From: a virus
Taxonomy: Duplodnaviria > Caudoviricetes
Reading direction: 5' to 3' (one strand)
Length of the DNA stretch: 27,329 bases
Virus record (IMG/VR): IMGVR_UViG_3300017747_001705
Span: 1-27,329 of that record
Shown: one piece after another, positions 16,145 through 25,950 of the stretch
How positions within the stretch are numbered: position 1 is the first letter of the stretch
Layout: each line of letters begins with the position of its first letter
The notes under the pieces: model-generated
The model's database searches: none
What the model was told of the DNA's origin: nothing
What the model saw: only the letters and a program-made list of their open reading frames with translations
Translations under genes and position numbers: made by a program

Positions 16145-16185
16145 CACTGTACCATAAAAATAATTTGTGTGCTAAACTTTTTTAC
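16145..16185. promoter_or_regulatory. Overlapping divergent promoters between the replication (-) and VRR-NUC/helicase (+) operons
   Basis: Plus-strand TGcTAAACT (-10 at 16173-78) lies 7 nt before ATG 16186. Minus-strand TGgTACAGT with TAGCAC 17 nt upstream. Confidence 0.55.
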
Positions 16186-16461
16186 ATGAAAGAAAAAGAC
16201 ATTGAAAAATATTTTGTTTGGGCCGTCAAAAAGATGGGCGGGATTGCGTACAAATTTAAATCGCCGAACCAGCGCGGCGTGACCGACCGCATCGTTTGTT
16301 TGCCAGGCGGAGTGGTGTGGTTTGTAGAACTCAAGACCGAAAGTGGCAAGTTGTCCATGCTGCAAAAGGTTCACGCCCACAACCTTAAGACCTTACAACA
16401 GAACTACACCTGCCTGTGGTCAACCGACCATATTGACACTTGGATGAAAGAAAATCAATGA
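16186..16461 (+). CDS. VRR-NUC domain nuclease
   Basis: E.DIE...G...KF.SP..RGV.DRI....FVELK...G.LS..Q pattern; start MKEKDIE. Confidence 0.9.
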   Translation: MKEKDIEKYFVWAVKKMGGIAYKFKSPNQRGVTDRIVCLPGGVVWFVELKTESGKLSMLQKVHAHNLKTLQQNYTCLWSTDHIDTWMKENQ

Positions 16462-17792
16462 AACTGCGCCCTTACCAAGAACGCGCCGTTGACTTTTTGT
16501 ATTCCAACGATCGAGCCATGGTGCTAGCCCCTGTAGGCGCTGGTAAGACCGCCATTACGCTCACAGGCATGGATGAGATGCTACGGCATGGTATCGTCAA
16601 GCGTTGGCTTGTTTTAGCCCCTAAACGTGTTTGTACGGACGTATGGCCTGTTGAGCAGCCTAAGTGGTCGCCTGATATGCCACTCGCTGTAGCGGTCGGC
16701 ACGGCTGCCCAGCGCAGCCAAGCACTTCATTCGGGTTTTCCCGTAGTGGTAACTAACTACGACAATATTCAATGGTTAGCCCAAGAGCCATTAGACTTTG
16801 ACGCCATTGTGTTTGACGAACTGACGCGCCTTAAAAACCCAAGCGGGGCGCGGTTTAAGGCGTTGATTAAGATTATTGACAAGATCAAGGTGCGGTGGGG
16901 CTTGACTGGTAGCTTTACCAGTAATGGTCTTGAGGACGTGTTTGGGCAGTGCAAGATTGTGGATCAGTCTTTGCTAGGTCGTAGCAAAGGTGCGTTTATG
17001 CAGCAATACTTTGTTTGCATCAATAAAGATTTTGGCGAATGGACGCCCCGTATAGGTTCTTTGGAGGCCGTAATGAAACAGATTAAACCCGCAACTTTTG
17101 TTTTAGAAGCTGGCGCTTACAAGGACAAGCTGCCTGACTTGCACATGGTTGAAATGCGGTGCGACATGGCAGACCGCGTTCCATACGAAAAGATGAAAAA
17201 AGAGTTTGCAGTTCAGTTTGGCACCGAGCAGATCACAGCCATGAACGCTGCAGTCGTCACAGGTAAGTTACAGCAGATGGCGTCAGGTTTTATATACAAG
17301 ACTGAAACAACGGCGTCGGACACGCCTGGCAAAATGAACGTCAGCAATATACCTGTGTGGTTCTCTAGCCACAAGTTTGATTTGTTAGACGAATTGATTG
17401 AGGAAAACCAGCACGCCAATACCATTATTGTTTATAACTTTGTTGAGGAGTTGGCTGAACTAAAACGCCGTTACCCATACGCCCAGACGATTAACGATTC
17501 CAAGGCCATTGAGCGTTGGAACGAGGGCAAGATTGAGCTATTACTAATCCACCCCAAGTCCGCTGGGCATGGGCTAAACCTACAGCATGGCGGTAGCAAA
17601 ATTGTGTTTGTATCGTTGCCGTGGAGCCTAGAACTTTTTGAGCAGACTGTTGGGCGCTTGCATCGTTCTGGTCAAACCGAAGACGTATGGTGTTACATTT
17701 TGTTAACCAATAAGTCCGTAGACGAACGAATTTGGGCAGCGTTGCATGACAAACGCGTTATTTCAGATATTGCATTGGAGGAGTTGAAATGA
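16458..17792 (+). CDS. SNF2-family (SF2) helicase
   Basis: LRPYQ, GAGKT, VFDE, LTGS, SAGHGLNLQ and Q..GRLHRSGQ; ATGA-coupled to VRR-NUC. Confidence 0.92.
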   Translation: MKLRPYQERAVDFLYSNDRAMVLAPVGAGKTAITLTGMDEMLRHGIVKRWLVLAPKRVCTDVWPVEQPKWSPDMPLAVAVGTAAQRSQALHSGFPVVVTNYDNIQWLAQEPLDFDAIVFDELTRLKNPSGARFKALIKIIDKIKVRWGLTGSFTSNGLEDVFGQCKIVDQSLLGRSKGAFMQQYFVCINKDFGEWTPRIGSLEAVMKQIKPATFVLEAGAYKDKLPDLHMVEMRCDMADRVPYEKMKKEFAVQFGTEQITAMNAAVVTGKLQQMASGFIYKTETTASDTPGKMNVSNIPVWFSSHKFDLLDELIEENQHANTIIVYNFVEELAELKRRYPYAQTINDSKAIERWNEGKIELLLIHPKSAGHGLNLQHGGSKIVFVSLPWSLELFEQTVGRLHRSGQTEDVWCYILLTNKSVDERIWAALHDKRVISDIALEELK

Positions 17793-17938
17793 GTTTACGA
17801 GAAGAAGCGTTAAAACTAGCTGATGATGTTGATGAGTATGCGCCAGACACTAACCTCGCTGATATTATTCGCCGTTTGGTAGCCGAGATTGACCGGCTAA
17901 ACGGCAAAGAAGATTTTGATTTAGATGGGAGATGTTGA
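17789..17938 (+). CDS. Hypothetical protein, 49 aa
   Basis: MSLREEALKLADDVDEY...; GGAGGAG RBS; ATGA coupling. Confidence 0.7.
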   Translation: MSLREEALKLADDVDEYAPDTNLADIIRRLVAEIDRLNGKEDFDLDGRC

Positions 17939-18111
17939 TGGATCGCTTATTGCATTACAAGGCAAAACTAAAGGCTGCGCAGGCTGAGGAAATTATTCGG
18001 ATGCGTGAATACAACCAGGCACAACGAGCGTTAGCCCGTACTGCTAAGGAAGTTATTGAATTACAAAAGAAAGTTGAACAGTATGCAAAAAGTAACTTGG
18101 CGCAAGCTTAA
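17938..18111 (+). CDS. Hypothetical coiled-coil protein, 57 aa
   Basis: MDRLLHYKAKLKAAQAEEII...; TGATG coupling. Confidence 0.65.
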   Translation: MDRLLHYKAKLKAAQAEEIIRMREYNQAQRALARTAKEVIELQKKVEQYAKSNLAQA

Positions 18112-18277
18112 CGACATTTTGAGTCAATTGACGGAACAAGAAGTCTTGGATATGCTAAACGAAGAAAAGACTCATAACCGTAGGTCGTCCGTATTACAAC
18201 GCCTACACCAGCGTTACACCATGTTGCGGTGTGCCAGAGAACGTATTGAACTGATGAAAGAAGCCACGCAACCATGA
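18083..18277 (+). CDS. Hypothetical phage protein, 64 aa
   Basis: TWRKLND.L..LTE.EV...L..E....RR...L.RLHQRY pattern; part of the coupled operon. Confidence 0.7.
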   Translation: MQKVTWRKLNDILSQLTEQEVLDMLNEEKTHNRRSSVLQRLHQRYTMLRCARERIELMKEATQP

Positions 18278-18417
18278 CCACAACCGACTTTAGTACTTGG
18301 AGCCGTGAGAATTTAGAGCGTTTTGCACAGCAAAGTTTTACAGAAATAGTAGAACTAAAAAAAGAATTAAAGGACGCCATTGAAGCTTATCGTCAACTTA
18401 ACAGGAGTTTAAAATGA
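18274..18417 (+). CDS. Hypothetical protein, 47 aa
   Basis: MTTTDFSTWSRENLERFAQQ...; ATGA overlaps at both ends. Confidence 0.65.
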   Translation: MTTTDFSTWSRENLERFAQQSFTEIVELKKELKDAIEAYRQLNRSLK

Positions 18418-18692
18418 AAAAAATGATACCTTTGGTGTCTTTTGCTATGTGCGCTTGCACATCAATACCGCCAGTTCAATATCAATCTGCAGCCCCTATA
18501 CAAACCTTGATTATTGATCCAAGCGTCCAGGCAATGTCTAGAAGTGAGGTTATTTTAGCTAGTCAAGAATGTACGAGTAATAATATGCGGGCGGTGTTAG
18601 TATTTGCAAAACGGCGTATTGGATCGTCTAGCTTAAGCACCGACATTATTGTTGATGTAGCTTGTCACCCAAAGCCCGTTAGTATGTTTTGA
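18414..18692 (+). CDS. Putative lipoprotein
   Basis: MKK, hydrophobic stretch, then CAC lipobox-like signal; AGGAG RBS. Confidence 0.65.
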   Translation: MKKMIPLVSFAMCACTSIPPVQYQSAAPIQTLIIDPSVQAMSRSEVILASQECTSNNMRAVLVFAKRRIGSSSLSTDIIVDVACHPKPVSMF

Positions 18693-18708
18693 CCTGAAAG
18701 GGAACTGA

Positions 18709-18918
18709 ATGAATAACGAACATATATGGACTGCATCTGGTACCAATATAGAAGAACGATGGGCTAAAAAATACGGGTGGATACGCCCGTCTGAACTCCC
18801 AGAATACCAAGCTAAATACAAATATTTTCAAGAATTGCCATTACGACGCTTAGACGATAACGCCAAAATAGAATATGAAATGGCGCTTAAAAAAGCTAAA
18901 ATAGCTCGGATTAGATGA
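18709..18918 (+). CDS. Hypothetical protein, 69 aa
   Basis: ORF with AAAGGGA RBS in the same operon. Confidence 0.65.
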   Translation: MNNEHIWTASGTNIEERWAKKYGWIRPSELPEYQAKYKYFQELPLRRLDDNAKIEYEMALKKAKIARIR

Positions 18919-19004
18919 CTAACGATGAGTGCATGGCGTTTGCAGGGATACTGATCGTAGCAATGGGTTTTATTGTTTTTTACTTAGTTACGCAAGAACC
19001 TTAA
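18915..19004 (+). CDS. Membrane micro-protein, 29 aa
   Basis: MTNDECMAFAGILIVAMGFIVFYLVTQEP*; ATGA-coupled; its stop shares TTAA with the convergent endolysin stop. Confidence 0.5.
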   Translation: MTNDECMAFAGILIVAMGFIVFYLVTQEP

Positions 19005-19429
19005 GCGTAGACGCGTGTGCCTTGCTTATCAATGATAAGCGCTTGTCGGCGTGGTGTCATGTCTTTTGTATTGGGTACGCTAATGTGTGTCCACCTGTCA
19101 AATTCACGAATAATCTGATCGTATCCGATCCCTGATGCAATCACTGCTTTAACAACTTCATCTGGGGTCATGCCTGGTACTCTAATATCAGCAGCACATC
19201 CTATGCGATGTTGTGAAGTGTTGCGACTTCCAACGGCATTATTCACGGCTTCTGACCTAAAGGCGGAGTTAACCATAATCGGCTTACCACCTAACACCTC
19301 TTTAACTTGCTCTAAGAACTCTGCCAATCGAGTCAAATTTTCGGTTTCTTCTACATTTGGGGTATTGTCAAACTCACGATGGTCGGTGATAGTTAGTTCT
19401 TCAAAGGTAAAGTGTTCACTTAGATTCAT
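19001..19429 (-). CDS. Endolysin, peptidase M15A family
   Basis: LSEHFT..E, SAFRS, SQH..G.AAD and W.H.S zinc-peptidase motifs. Confidence 0.9.
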   Translation of the reverse strand: MNLSEHFTFEELTITDHREFDNTPNVEETENLTRLAEFLEQVKEVLGGKPIMVNSAFRSEAVNNAVGSRNTSQHRIGCAADIRVPGMTPDEVVKAVIASGIGYDQIIREFDRWTHISVPNTKDMTPRRQALIIDKQGTRVYA

Positions 19430-19826
19430 CTTTTGACCTTTTCATATCCATAATCTTCTCAAGGGTGCGGCCACCAAAGTACGCACTCATTATCAACATA
19501 CCCCATTGACCCAACAGATTTACATACGACTCTTTAGCATCGTAGCCAAAGGCAGACATCATGGCAAAAAGAAAATAACCAGCAAAAATAGCAACTAAAG
19601 ACATGGGTCGTATATTTTTAGATAACCAAGAGTCACTACTTAAATCAGCTTTCCAACGGTCTGATACATTGTTCTGCTCATTCATGTCAGCGTTTAACTC
19701 AGCCAATCTGCCCTCTTGTTGCATCTGTAAAAGTTCTTTTTGAGCCTTGGCTTTGGCTTCAGGGTCAGGAATAAACTTGTCTAGGACTTTCATCCCAACA
19801 TCTACTAGTGCCATTAATGGAATCAT
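19416..19826 (-). CDS. Holin-like protein (3TM, gene-transfer-release type)
   Basis: DKFIPDP, SDSWLSKNIRP, hydrophobic helices, YFGGRTLEK; adjacent to the endolysin. Confidence 0.8.
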   Translation of the reverse strand: MIPLMALVDVGMKVLDKFIPDPEAKAKAQKELLQMQQEGRLAELNADMNEQNNVSDRWKADLSSDSWLSKNIRPMSLVAIFAGYFLFAMMSAFGYDAKESYVNLLGQWGMLIMSAYFGGRTLEKIMDMKRSKDESK

Positions 19827-20089
19827 TTTTTAGACCTTTCTTCTAGTAACTTAACCCGTACATGAAGCTCATGTATTTCTTTGTAAAGTTCTTCACGCAT
19901 TTTTGCTCGTTTTTCTGCTGAAAGAGGACTGTCTGTTGGTACACCTTCGGCTGTAATTAAAGCTGGCATTTTGCCTTCTATCTGAGTAAGACGGGTTTGG
20001 AATGACGATACCTGACCAAGTAACCAGCCTAAACAAACGACCACAATAGGAATAACCGCTTTTAAAAGGTCTTGCATATTCATTTCCAT
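19823..20089 (-). CDS. Lysis-region membrane protein (N-terminal TM plus coiled coil)
   Basis: AVIPIVVVCLGWLL transmembrane segment; coupled to the holin. Confidence 0.65.
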   Translation of the reverse strand: MEMNMQDLLKAVIPIVVVCLGWLLGQVSSFQTRLTQIEGKMPALITAEGVPTDSPLSAEKRAKMREELYKEIHELHVRVKLLEERSKK

Positions 20090-20526
20090 CTACCCCATGT
20101 ACATTCGTACGCTATCCAAGTTGCAAATATGTAACATAGTGCCATAACACTTTTCATTACCCGTCTATCGTTCTGCTCTAAATACTTATCACGCTTATCT
20201 TCCCATTGCTTCCTAGCCTTAATACCCTGTATCTCATCCCAAGCGTGGCTGCCGTATTTCTTAGTAATTTCTTCTTTAATCTTTTCTTCAGACTGCTTGG
20301 CTAACATTAGCCTTTGAAACTCATCCACCGCCTCAATAATTGTTGTGGTATCAGGATTTATTTCCCTTGACTTCTTTCTTGATACCGCCCTTTCTTTTGC
20401 CGCCTTATCCGCTACCGCTAGTACACCATCAATTGCCTTACTAAGTTCTTCAGATGCCTTTACAGACTCATTGAGAGTCTTTGTGACCTGTTTCGTGCCT
20501 TCTATAATTCCAAACGGATCGGGCAT
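20080..20526 (-). CDS. Hypothetical coiled-coil protein with a C-terminal TM
   Basis: 148 aa; hydrophobic C-terminus. Confidence 0.65.
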   Translation of the reverse strand: MPDPFGIIEGTKQVTKTLNESVKASEELSKAIDGVLAVADKAAKERAVSRKKSREINPDTTTIIEAVDEFQRLMLAKQSEEKIKEEITKKYGSHAWDEIQGIKARKQWEDKRDKYLEQNDRRVMKSVMALCYIFATWIAYECTWGRWK

Positions 20527-20529
20527 ACA

Positions 20530-20763
20530 TCATTTATCTGCTTTTTGTTCTAGCTTTTCATAAAGCTTATCTAATAACACTTCAATACGATCAAAACGAT
20601 CTTTAATTTCGTCTTTTTTAATGTAATTTGTTGGCAAATTAATCTCAATCTGTTTTACATCATTTTTTAAATTTTGAACAGAATCCCAGATTTGGCGGGC
20701 AAACCAACCAAGGCTAGAAAGGGCAGCAGCACCACCGACGTTGATTATTGTTTGCCAATCCAT
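20530..20763 (-). CDS. Small membrane/coiled-coil protein in the lysis region
   Basis: N-terminal hydrophobic segment followed by heptad repeats. Confidence 0.65.
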   Translation of the reverse strand: MDWQTIINVGGAAALSSLGWFARQIWDSVQNLKNDVKQIEINLPTNYIKKDEIKDRFDRIEVLLDKLYEKLEQKADK

Positions 20764-20765
20764 GT

Positions 20766-23003
20766 TTATCTTGCAAGTGCATTTTGATTTTGTTGGTCAG
20801 GTGCTAACGCGTTAGCAGATGGGGTTGTAAGCATAATTGCGCCAGATGTTACGGCGCGGCTCCAATCTTTACTTTTAGTCAAAAGATCAAACGCTTTAAT
20901 ACGTTCGTCAGCAGGAAGCGTATCTAATACTTCGTTCATAGCTTTACCTGTTTTGGCTGCGTCAGACAAAATGCCAATAGTCTTTTTGCTAACTTTGCCT
21001 TCTAACGTTTGCAATACTTTTTTGGCAACCGCAGTTTTATAACCTACGAAGCCTGGTATCTTCTCTGCCATGCTTTCTTTTTCAATACCCAAAGCACGGC
21101 GGCCTGCCTTGATCTGCTCACCAATCTTAGCGTCACGCAATAATTCATCAGCAATTTGTTGCATAGGCTTGATGTCTGTACCCATTTCTTTAAAAATATT
21201 AAAGCTGCCAGGGCCAAAGACGGCTTCTACAGCGTCAGGGTTATTACCTTGCACCAAACGCGTAAACTCGTCAGGTGATTTGTTGAGCATTTCTAGTGCT
21301 TTGCCTGCCAGCTTACGGCGGTCAATTAACTGTGCGTTTGCGGCGTAATCACCTAAATACTTGCCGTAGCCTGTACCGCCTGCTTCTTCAATGGCGTTAA
21401 TGATCGGCGTTTTAAGTTGGGCTATTACACCAGCAGCCAAGTTCTTTTTAGACGTCTGATCTAGTCCTGGGCGTAACTTTTCAATAGCAGCGTTAACGGA
21501 GTTTTTGCGTAAGCTGTCTAAAGCAAACGCATCAATTACCCCACCGTTTTTTGTCCATTTAACAACATCGTCGCCAAACGCTTTGACAGCGCCTTCAATA
21601 ACGTCGTTACCCGCAAACTCAGGGTTGTTTAAAATACCGCCTAAACGACTTAAAATGGAGTCGGATGTCAGAGGTCTAAGGCCATAAGCTTCTAAACTAT
21701 CAACGGCGGCTTGTTTAAATCGTGCAGCTTCACCAAACACTAACGAACCTTTAGCCGCTTGCGCTGCTACATCGTCGGCTTTAGCGGCTAACTTCATTAA
21801 CTGTTGGTCTGTAGTTAGGTTGTTTGTAGCTGGGTTAATGGCACGTCCTTGCGCAGCGCTAAAGCGGCGCACATCTTCTACTTTTTGCCCAGCAACTTGT
21901 GCTAATGCGTTGGCTTCACGTTGTAAAGGTAAGCCTACCTCAGCGCCTATATTGGCTGCGGTCAACTCGGTTTTGCGGATTGGTGTCATTAAATTGTTTA
22001 GGGCATTTTTAAATTGACTAACCGAAGTTAAGTTTTCGGTTATGGTTGGCCCACCGGCTAACTGCGCTAAACGATTTAATTGATCTGTTTTTTGCGTGTC
22101 TTTTAACACGCGAAAATAACTAGATTTGTCTTTGCCAGATGCAAAATCTAAAAATGCTTGGTACACATCATTGTCAATACCATAAGCAGCTTGGGCTGCG
22201 TTAATATCTAAAGGGGCTAATTTATTAACAGCGCGAATTTGATTGATTTGATCGCCTGCCACCTCACGAGCAATTTTGCCTGCCTCAACATTGGCTAATT
22301 TGCCTGTCACGGCGTCAATAAATTTACCGCCGGCTTGGGCAATGTATTTACCTGCAGTTGGCAACACAAAAGGCGCAACAGCGCCTATGACCGTGCCTGT
22401 ACCAGTTTCTTCTGGATTAATAAGCGCAGCGGATGTACCACCTACAACGGCACCGCCACCAGCGCGTGTGGCTACATCGGCAGCACGGCCACCAAAAGTA
22501 GTAGCTGCAGGCGCGCCTGTTCTAAAGCCACCTGTTCTAATGGCTTCTGCCACAGTGCCTGCGCCTGGTATCTTACTAATGCCTTTGGCAATAACACCGC
22601 CAACAGGCAAAGTGCTAAATACTTCACCCCCAAATTCGCCCGCACCTGTTGCGGTAGGCGCTACGGCTTTGTAAGGGGCTATAAACGCTTCTTGCTCGGC
22701 TTGACGACGTGCAGCGTCCTCAATCAAGGCACGCCCCGTGTCGGTAGCGCCTACGGTTTCTAAACCTTTACCAACTAGACGTTGGCCACCAAACATGACA
22801 TTACCCACGCCTTTGCTAAAACCTGCAAAAGGCGCGGCAGCGCTACGTAACTCCGCCTCAACCATCTGACGACGAGGGCTGACTTGTTCTGCTACGCCGC
22901 CACCAAACTGTTTGGCTAGAGCTTCGTAATTAATATTAGCGTTAGGCGCAGGGGCTGCCGAGCCACCAAATTGCTTTGCAAGGGCTTCGTAATCGACGGC
23001 CAT
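20766..23003 (-). CDS. Large internal virion / DNA ejection protein
   Basis: 745 aa, Ala/Gly-rich and helical; repeated YEALAKQFGG at the N-terminus; third of three ejection-type genes. Confidence 0.7.
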   Translation of the reverse strand: MAVDYEALAKQFGGSAAPAPNANINYEALAKQFGGGVAEQVSPRRQMVEAELRSAAAPFAGFSKGVGNVMFGGQRLVGKGLETVGATDTGRALIEDAARRQAEQEAFIAPYKAVAPTATGAGEFGGEVFSTLPVGGVIAKGISKIPGAGTVAEAIRTGGFRTGAPAATTFGGRAADVATRAGGGAVVGGTSAALINPEETGTGTVIGAVAPFVLPTAGKYIAQAGGKFIDAVTGKLANVEAGKIAREVAGDQINQIRAVNKLAPLDINAAQAAYGIDNDVYQAFLDFASGKDKSSYFRVLKDTQKTDQLNRLAQLAGGPTITENLTSVSQFKNALNNLMTPIRKTELTAANIGAEVGLPLQREANALAQVAGQKVEDVRRFSAAQGRAINPATNNLTTDQQLMKLAAKADDVAAQAAKGSLVFGEAARFKQAAVDSLEAYGLRPLTSDSILSRLGGILNNPEFAGNDVIEGAVKAFGDDVVKWTKNGGVIDAFALDSLRKNSVNAAIEKLRPGLDQTSKKNLAAGVIAQLKTPIINAIEEAGGTGYGKYLGDYAANAQLIDRRKLAGKALEMLNKSPDEFTRLVQGNNPDAVEAVFGPGSFNIFKEMGTDIKPMQQIADELLRDAKIGEQIKAGRRALGIEKESMAEKIPGFVGYKTAVAKKVLQTLEGKVSKKTIGILSDAAKTGKAMNEVLDTLPADERIKAFDLLTKSKDWSRAVTSGAIMLTTPSANALAPDQQNQNALAR

Positions 23004-23004
23004 G

Positions 23005-24285
23005 TTATAGCCCCGCTGCTTTTTTATATGCTGCTGCGGCTTCTGGTGTTGGGAATGTTAATACTTTACCGCCTGGAATAGTTACGGTGTTACCGCCGGC
23101 GCCGGTAGGTGGTGATGGAGGTGGTGATGGAGGCGCGCCGCCGCCCGTAGCAGAAGGCTTATATTCGTAGGTTAAATCAAACGCTTCACGAATTCTAGAC
23201 TTAGATCCAAGAATCGAATCGGCAATCCGATCCAATTCACTTTGTACGCTACCTTTTTCTTGTACGCGTGATAAAGCACCCGCAGCTTGACGAAGTTGTG
23301 TGCCTTCTTGATTTGATACGTTACCTAACGCACCGCCTGTAGGTGAGGCGTTACGCATATCTTGAAGTTCTTTAAACTGCAAACCAGCCACAACTTTTTC
23401 ATACAATTCCAACGCTTCACGCCCTTGGGCTGTAACGCCTGGCAAACGACCCGCTGCAATACCTGTAATGCTGCTAAGACCTGGGTGGTTGCGTAGCCGT
23501 TCAATGTCTTTAAGAACTGTATCAGCTTTGGACTCAAACGATTTAACCGCCAAATTAGCTTGTGGAAACTTAGCCTCACGCACCTGTATCTCTTTAGGCG
23601 ACAAGTTAGTAGTAGTTGGGCCACCAGGAATCGGCTCAATTTCACCTGTATCCGTTTGACGATAGCCAACAGGAATACGTCCGATGTCTTGACCACGGCG
23701 GGTTGTTTCAGCCGTAAGATTCTGACCACGAATAGCGGTAGCATTAGCCTGTTGTTGCGCTGCGCTAATGTTACTCATTTCATAGCGTTTTTCTACTTTA
23801 ACACCTAGGTCAATAAAATATGCTTTACGTTGTTCAGGGTTTAAAGCAGACACTTGTTGCCATGTTGCTTTGGCTTGCGCAGGCGTTACCTCGCCTTTTA
23901 AAACACCATCTTCTAAATGCGCTTTAATGTTGTTATCTGAAGGATTAAAAGACAAGTCTGCCAGCTTTTGTTTGGCAAAGTCATACGTCTTTTGGTTAAC
24001 CTCTATATCTGTTTTTTTAATGTCGCCTTCAAGTTTGCGTCCTTGCAAAACGTCAGCCCGTAGCTTTATTGCTGTCCCAGGGTCAAGCGTCGCCACTTGT
24101 TTAAACCCTTCAGGGGTACTAACGTCGATGCCCTGCGAATACAGTTCGCGCAGCTTGTTTTGCGTATCTACGCTGCGTTGCATTTCACCTAACTTGACAG
24201 CTTCACCCATCATTGCCAACTGATTCATTGGCGACTCTAGTTTTATATTTTGAACTTGTAAAGGAATATTTGGGTCGATTGGCAT
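23005..24285 (-). CDS. Internal virion / DNA ejection protein
   Basis: MPIDPNIPL N-terminus, GALGNVSNQEG motif, Pro-rich tail; position within the ejection cluster. Confidence 0.7.
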   Translation of the reverse strand: MPIDPNIPLQVQNIKLESPMNQLAMMGEAVKLGEMQRSVDTQNKLRELYSQGIDVSTPEGFKQVATLDPGTAIKLRADVLQGRKLEGDIKKTDIEVNQKTYDFAKQKLADLSFNPSDNNIKAHLEDGVLKGEVTPAQAKATWQQVSALNPEQRKAYFIDLGVKVEKRYEMSNISAAQQQANATAIRGQNLTAETTRRGQDIGRIPVGYRQTDTGEIEPIPGGPTTTNLSPKEIQVREAKFPQANLAVKSFESKADTVLKDIERLRNHPGLSSITGIAAGRLPGVTAQGREALELYEKVVAGLQFKELQDMRNASPTGGALGNVSNQEGTQLRQAAGALSRVQEKGSVQSELDRIADSILGSKSRIREAFDLTYEYKPSATGGGAPPSPPPSPPTGAGGNTVTIPGGKVLTFPTPEAAAAYKKAAGL

Positions 24286-24294
24286 AATTATTCC

Positions 24295-25056
24295 TTACCC
24301 TTCGTATGGGGTGCTGTAATCGGTGACGGGCGCTGCGCGGTTGCCATAAAAATTTGGTGTTGTCCGTTGTGGAGCAAATCTATTTAATAGTTGGTTAGTT
24401 TGATACATACTAACTCCTTGCCCAATGGCGTTGGTGTAAGCGTTCGCTGAACCAATCACGCCAGCAGCTTGAGCGTTAGCGGCGCCAGTAGTTAAGTTAG
24501 CAGTATTAGCTGCGCCTTGACCAATGTTGGCTGCTTGCCCAGCGGCAGCAGCTTGACCTTGCGAGGATAGAAATTTTAAAGGGTCTACTAAATTATTACG
24601 GTTCATTTGAAACAAGTTCTGCGCTCGGCTGTACGCATTACCGTACTCTTGCGACCCTAATTCTTGACCATAATTTGTAGCGGCTTTAAGAGCGTTACCT
24701 GAAATTAAACCGCCTCTAGCGGCTGCGGTTGCGTTAAGCGCTTTTATACCTTCTCTAAACCTAAATCCATAACCTGGATCCATTTGAATGTCCTCTAGCG
24801 TAGGGGCATAATCTTGCGCTAAACGGCCTCCAGGCTCAGTCATGGCCGCAAGGCGGTTCATTGCTGCGGTGCCAGTTACCCTATAAGGTTCGCCAAGTTG
24901 AACTTGGCGTTCTGTAGCTGCGGCTTGCTGCGCACTAGCACGGTCGGCGGCATCAGCTTGCATTTGGGCTGCGCTTTGAGCCGCTCTTGAAGATTGATTA
25001 GCGCTATATACAAGGGCTGCGCCTCCAATAACTGCTGCTGTTATCCCACCTGACAT
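24295..25056 (-). CDS. DNA transfer/pilot protein (P22 gp7-like)
   Basis: Hydrophobic Gly/Ala N-terminus; A/Q-rich; DPGY.FR..EG and AAARGGL.SG motifs; GGGAG RBS before ATG 25056. Confidence 0.75.
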   Translation of the reverse strand: MSGGITAAVIGGAALVYSANQSSRAAQSAAQMQADAADRASAQQAAATERQVQLGEPYRVTGTAAMNRLAAMTEPGGRLAQDYAPTLEDIQMDPGYGFRFREGIKALNATAAARGGLISGNALKAATNYGQELGSQEYGNAYSRAQNLFQMNRNNLVDPLKFLSSQGQAAAAGQAANIGQGAANTANLTTGAANAQAAGVIGSANAYTNAIGQGVSMYQTNQLLNRFAPQRTTPNFYGNRAAPVTDYSTPYEG

Positions 25057-25057
25057 A

Positions 25058-25606
25058 TTAATTCTCCCTATCACTAAAACCAAACCCATTGCCTAAAAGC
25101 ATTTTAACGCTATTAGTTAACTGTTCGGTATCATTTTGCTTGTTTTCAAGCTCTTTAACTCTGTTTGACATTAAGCCACACTCAGGAATGACATACAATC
25201 GTTCTTCGATTGCCTGTATATCTCTGCAATCATCTGGATTATCGTAATAATCTACCCAAATTACTTCTTCGTCAAATACACGGCCTACCCGTTTTACACC
25301 TGCTGGCGCATCAAACTCTAACGGCGCCGTTAATACTTTAATTTCATCGTCAATATTTACAGCGATTGTACCTTTTTCAAGCCTAATTCTGTACGGCGTC
25401 TTATGTTCTGCGCCAACAATAACCGACCAAGGCGGGGCGATCATTGTACGAATGTACTTGCCTGGTTCAAAGTCATGCAAAAACGTAACGTCGGCTTGGG
25501 GCATCTGTAATAAAGCCTCTTGCAACTTTTCTACTTTTTCACGCAAAGGCACTACAGGTAGGAAGTTAAACCCTTTGCCATAATTGACGGTGACTGTATG
25601 CTGCAT
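25058..25606 (-). CDS. Cupin-like phage protein
   Basis: H.F.PG.Y.R.M..P...V.VG..HK pattern in the tail/ejection region. Confidence 0.6.
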   Translation of the reverse strand: MQHTVTVNYGKGFNFLPVVPLREKVEKLQEALLQMPQADVTFLHDFEPGKYIRTMIAPPWSVIVGAEHKTPYRIRLEKGTIAVNIDDEIKVLTAPLEFDAPAGVKRVGRVFDEEVIWVDYYDNPDDCRDIQAIEERLYVIPECGLMSNRVKELENKQNDTEQLTNSVKMLLGNGFGFSDREN

Positions 25607-25947
25607 TAACTTGAGATCTCACGCCCGTTAGACCGGATATTGATAGACGTAGCGGCGCTAGCAATGGTGGATATAAACCCGCCTGGCTCTAGCGCCTGCC
25701 CCACAATCTCGGGAAACGTGTAGGTTTCGCCTGCGGTCAAGCTCTTAGCCTTAATAATCAAGTTGTTATTGCCTGCCGTACCCGCTACCGTAACAAGGTT
25801 CACACTAATTGTAGCCGTAGAAGCGCTATAGTTAGTAGCCGTAAATTTGTCAATAATAGTCGTGATGTTGTTTCCCGCAGTGTATTGCGTAGTTTGCGTA
25901 TTTTCAGCATTCTTGGCGGGGATCAGAACCTTGACGTAAACGGGCAT
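25606..25947 (-). CDS. Putative virion structural protein, 113 aa
   Basis: Beta-rich, Thr/Ala-rich; TAATG coupling. Confidence 0.65.
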   Translation of the reverse strand: MPVYVKVLIPAKNAENTQTTQYTAGNNITTIIDKFTATNYSASTATISVNLVTVAGTAGNNNLIIKAKSLTAGETYTFPEIVGQALEPGGFISTIASAATSINIRSNGREISS

Positions 25948-25950
25948 AGT

